Source: Candidatus Nitrosopolaris wilkensis (GTDB taxonomy: Archaea > Thermoproteota > Nitrososphaeria > Nitrososphaerales > Nitrososphaeraceae). Taken from it: a stretch of DNA of 64,000 bases. The DNA is taken from the NCBI GenBank assembly GCA_003176995.1, contig QHBN01000123.1, positions 11,569 through 75,568 on the forward strand. Reading direction: 5' to 3'. Under the pieces are notes generated by a model. That model was not told the DNA's origin. It did no database searches and worked only from the letters and a program-made list of their open reading frames with translations. Shown here piece after piece: positions 60,340-64,000 of the stretch. Each line of letters begins with the position of its first letter. The stretch's first letter is position 1. Position numbers and translations under genes: made by a program.

Positions 60340-62454
60340 ATGGTAATGCAGTTACACGGCGACGACAGGGAAACTAAAGCTAGGGCTAATAGGTTATTTG
60401 GTGAGAGCAGCCCTTATCTTCTTCAGCATGCACATAATCCTGTCGAGTGGTATCCATGGGGAGAAGAGTCCCTTCAAAAAGCAAAAAGTGAGAATAGGCC
60501 AATCTTCCTTAGCGTTGGATATAGTGCGTGCCATTGGTGCCACGTGATGGCTCATGAATCCTTCGAGGACGAGGAAATTGCAAAGATAATGAATGAGAAT
60601 TTTATTAATATAAAAGTGGATAGAGAAGAAAGGCCCGATATAGACGACATATATCAAAGGGTTAGCCAACTTGCAATCGGGACGGGTGGTTGGCCGCTTT
60701 CTGTGTTTCTGACACCTGATCAGAAACCGTTCTATGTAGGCACATATTTTCCCAAATACGGCAGGTATGGAATGCCCGGTTTTGGCACTATTTTAAGTCA
60801 GCTTGCCGAAGCCTACAAGACCAAGAAGCAAGAGATTGATTCTGCCACATTGGAGTTTTTACAAGCGCTGCAACATTCTGCAAAAGATGTTCAACAACCC
60901 CATGGTGTTATCCTTGATCGTTCAATTCTGGACGAGGCAGCCGTTGGGTTGCTACATATGAGCGATCCAGTTTATGGTGGCTTCGGACAAGCGCCAAAAT
61001 TTCCGAACCCATCCAATCTTTTGTTCTTGTTAAGGTGCTACGATATATCTGGCCTTAATCGGTACAAAGATTTCGTCATGTTTACAGCGGATAAAATGGC
61101 GGCAGGTGGAATTCATGATCAGATAGGTGGTGGGTTCGCACGGTATTCGACAGATCAGAAATGGCTTGTGCCTCATTTTGAAAAGATGCTTTATGATAAT
61201 GCACTGCTTGTACAAGTGTACGCAGAGCTCTATCAAATTAGTGGTGAAGAAAAGTATTTGGATGTAGTGGAGAAAACTCTGGAGTATGTAAGGCGTGAAA
61301 TGATGTCTCCAGAGAACGGTTTTTACTCCGCCCAGGATGCAGATTCAGAAGGCGAAGAAGGCAAATTTTACGTGTGGTCAAAACAAGAAATTTTTAACTC
61401 CCTCGGCGATGAGACAATAGCCAGTATATTCTGCGAATATTACGGGGTTGGACAGGCAGGAAATTTCGAAGGCAAGAACATACTCAACATTAGATCGTCG
61501 TTTGCCGACTTATCACAAAGGTATAGTCGTCCGCCTGAGATGTTAAAACGAATTATTAACGATGCTTCGTCTAGACTTTTTGAAATAAGAGAGAAAAGGA
61601 TAAAACCTGGTCGAGATGACAAGATAATAACCGCTTGGAACGGATTGATGATATCTGGTTTTGCAAAAGGATTCCGAGTTACTAACAACAAACATTATCT
61701 TGAGATCGCCAAGAATACGATTGAATTCATAGAATCTAGGGTTACTAGAGATAATGGCAGATTGTATAGAACGTTTAAGGATGGAATTTCTAAACTTAAT
61801 GCATATCTTGATGATTATGCATTCTATATCAATGCACTGCTAGATGTTTTCGAACTTGACTCAAATCCCATTTATCTCGAAAAGGCAATAAAATACATGG
61901 ACTCTATGCTTCAACACTTTTGGGACCCTGTCGACTCTAGTCTTTATTTTACCTCGGATGACCATGAGCAACTAATTGTCAGGACTAAGAGCTTGTATGA
62001 TCTCGCCATTCCAAGCGGTAATTCGGTAGCCGCATCTGACCTGCTGAGGTTATACCATCTGACTCAAAAGAATGATTACCTGGAAAAAGCAGTGCAGATT
62101 ATGAAGGCAGGTGCGGCATCATCGGCAGAGAATCCCTTTGGATTTGGTCAGTTATTGATGGCTATCTATTTATATGTAAAGAAGCCTATCGAAATAACCT
62201 TAAGAACAACAGACAATATTGGTGAAGGGCAAAAGATGGCCAGTTGGATAAGCAAACAGTTCATGCCAAACGCGATAACTGTCATCATTGAAAATCAATC
62301 TCAATTAAGTCAGCTACAAGAATATCCTTTCTTTAGGGGAACGAATTTAGCAAGAACCACCCAAACTGACTATGCTGTTATATGTAGAAACTCTACGTGT
62401 TCTGTGCCTATCTATTCTCTGAGCGGCTTGCAGGAACAAATCAAATTTGGTTAA
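60340..62454 (+). CDS. Thioredoxin-domain protein YyaL/SPATA20 family
   Basis: [54 protein letters not shown]. Confidence 0.93.
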   Translation: MVMQLHGDDRETKARANRLFGESSPYLLQHAHNPVEWYPWGEESLQKAKSENRPIFLSVGYSACHWCHVMAHESFEDEEIAKIMNENFINIKVDREERPDIDDIYQRVSQLAIGTGGWPLSVFLTPDQKPFYVGTYFPKYGRYGMPGFGTILSQLAEAYKTKKQEIDSATLEFLQALQHSAKDVQQPHGVILDRSILDEAAVGLLHMSDPVYGGFGQAPKFPNPSNLLFLLRCYDISGLNRYKDFVMFTADKMAAGGIHDQIGGGFARYSTDQKWLVPHFEKMLYDNALLVQVYAELYQISGEEKYLDVVEKTLEYVRREMMSPENGFYSAQDADSEGEEGKFYVWSKQEIFNSLGDETIASIFCEYYGVGQAGNFEGKNILNIRSSFADLSQRYSRPPEMLKRIINDASSRLFEIREKRIKPGRDDKIITAWNGLMISGFAKGFRVTNNKHYLEIAKNTIEFIESRVTRDNGRLYRTFKDGISKLNAYLDDYAFYINALLDVFELDSNPIYLEKAIKYMDSMLQHFWDPVDSSLYFTSDDHEQLIVRTKSLYDLAIPSGNSVAASDLLRLYHLTQKNDYLEKAVQIMKAGAASSAENPFGFGQLLMAIYLYVKKPIEITLRTTDNIGEGQKMASWISKQFMPNAITVIIENQSQLSQLQEYPFFRGTNLARTTQTDYAVICRNSTCSVPIYSLSGLQEQIKFG

Positions 62455-62494
62455 TGAAAGAGAAACCCGAGCGAGATAGAGACCTAGTAATAAT

Positions 62495-62818
62495 CTAGGG
62501 CTTCCTTATGTCTATTAAGAGTTGTTCACCCACCATCGGGCTTCCTATCTTCTCGTATCGCCTCCTTGGCATTGTGATTTGTACGATTGTCTCTGCATAG
62601 GTTTTCACTAGAGTCTGTGGCTGGGAGCTTAAAATTGCTTCTAAGATCGGTCTTACCTGGTCTTTCACCTCTTTATCAGTAATCACTCTATCGATAGACT
62701 CTAACATCAACTGCTGTTGGGATACCGTTTCAAGCTCCAGATCTTCGCTAAGCGTAAGAGATACATTGATCCCACTATCGGTGATTTGATTAATTCTATA
62801 GCGCAGAGGATCCTCCAA
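62495..62818 (-). CDS. Hypothetical protein
   Basis: 107-aa ORF; TATA about 28 nt upstream of TTG; C-terminal YEKIG.P.VG..L.ID. Confidence 0.7.
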   Translation of the reverse strand: MEDPLRYRINQITDSGINVSLTLSEDLELETVSQQQLMLESIDRVITDKEVKDQVRPILEAILSSQPQTLVKTYAETIVQITMPRRRYEKIGSPMVGEQLLIDIRKP

Positions 62819-63217
62819 TACAATGTAATTAGAATAAAGTATGCTTATAATATTTTACTCCCCGGATTTGAGCGAATTACAGTATAAGGGGGGAGGTATT
62901 TCCCTTGGCTGAGCCGATGCCGGGGCTGTATTTTCTGCGTCCAATTCTCAATTGATCCCAGCCATGCTCAGTCTCGTCTTCATCGATTGTCCATTCAATG
63001 TTTTCTAATCTATTCTTCAGCTAGAGACACGTTTTTTACATCTAGATGCCTCTTTGAGAGTTTGATCCATAGCTCTATGTATCGAAGGAATACTTTCAAG
63101 ATGCGATAGGATCTCGATTCTGATAGGCATTCTCCTGGGTATTATGAGTCGAAACGAACCATAAACGCTATTCTTATTGATTGAACGTATGCCAATGTCA
63201 AATAACAAAATTCAAAA

Positions 63218-64000
63218 TTATTTTGTGAGACGAATTCTCGCGATTCCATTGAGATAGTGGACGTATTCAACTGTCGGATTACTCACGGAATCAGGTAGTT
63301 TAGCGAACAATTCATATTTCCTTGATCCGGAGGCAACTATGCGAACCCGTTTATAATCAGGCTCATAGTCGGCATGGATATCGGTAGCGGCAGAGATACC
63401 ATGGATTTCTGCTATGATTTCAAAGAAGTCGGCACCCTCAATGACCTCAGGCTCGAGTGAAGGAGAGACGTCTTCTATTTTTGGTCTCATCTTTCGAGTT
63501 TTGCCCACGGAGGGAATAGATGACGACATCTTCTTCCCTGCCAAATACTTCCATGAATTCCCTGTTCCAACTCCAGCTATGAATCCACCAATATGTGCCA
63601 AATACGCCACTCCACCTCCTCCTGACTGTCCAAACAACGTAAATAGTATTTGTAAAATAAACCAAAAAGGAATGAAAGCCAGCGCGGGTATTCGGATAGT
63701 TGTAATGAAGAACACAATTAATATTGTATATATTTTCGCTCTAGGAAATATTATCAAATATGCACCCAAGACTCCGGAAATTGCACCAGACGCGCCTACC
63801 GCTGGGACTTCTCCTCCTCCTACGGCAACCGCGTAAATGCTGTGAACCAGAGCTGCAAATAACCCCCATAATATATAGATTGCAAGATATTTGATATGGC
63901 CAAATCTATCTTCGACGTTGTCTCCAAATACATACAAAAAAACCATGTTTCCAGCGATGTGAATTATTCCCCCGTGGATGAACATTGATGTCAGCACTAT
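63218..64000 (-). CDS. Rhomboid intramembrane serine protease with C-terminal Hsp20-like domain; 5' end outside the window
   Basis: TSMF.H....H..GNM, GASGAI, AHIGG; C-terminal EIIAE..G...YLNGIARIRL. Confidence 0.9.
   Translation of the reverse strand: MVLTSMFIHGGIIHIAGNMVFLYVFGDNVEDRFGHIKYLAIYILWGLFAALVHSIYAVAVGGGEVPAVGASGAISGVLGAYLIIFPRAKIYTILIVFFITTIRIPALAFIPFWFILQILFTLFGQSGGGGVAYLAHIGGFIAGVGTGNSWKYLAGKKMSSSIPSVGKTRKMRPKIEDVSPSLEPEVIEGADFFEIIAEIHGISAATDIHADYEPDYKRVRIVASGSRKYELFAKLPDSVSNPTVEYVHYLNGIARIRLTK

Noticed and set aside
63017-63208. 63-aa ORF after the rhomboid gene
   Set aside because: No motif and atypical composition.
1-64000. CRISPR array, IS elements, prophage genes
   Set aside because: No regularly spaced repeats, transposase, integrase or capsid-like ORFs seen; the many short antisense ORFs are shadows of real genes.

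Overview
Archaeal chromosome segment, almost certainly from an ammonia-oxidising Nitrososphaerota (Thaumarchaeota) member, Nitrososphaerales-like. Markers: tetraether synthase, 3HP/4HB-cycle enzymes (crotonase, thiolase/DUF35, 4-hydroxybutyryl-CoA dehydratase), an ESCRT-III/CdvB paralogue, a PEF-CTERM protein, a blue-copper protein, archaeal shikimate genes aroA'/aroB', a stand-alone 5S rRNA and a tRNA-Trp with two introns. The window is mostly housekeeping; I saw no CRISPR array, transposase, integrase or intein. Most interesting: (1) a winged-HTH + ATP-cone + apparently catalytically dead class III RNR (NrdD-like) protein directly upstream of the class II RNR gene, a candidate nucleotide-sensing regulator built from a pseudo-enzyme; (2) two AAA+/VWA pairs next to the CO2-fixation dehydratase, a possible activase/maturation module; (3) thrB appears to need a CTG start, and the chorismate mutase gene lies in frame behind the aroC UGA with no canonical start; (4) a rhomboid fused to an alpha-crystallin-like domain; (5) unannotated Cys/His-rich microproteins and pseudogene remnants. 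All family calls come from motif recognition by eye; no searches were run.
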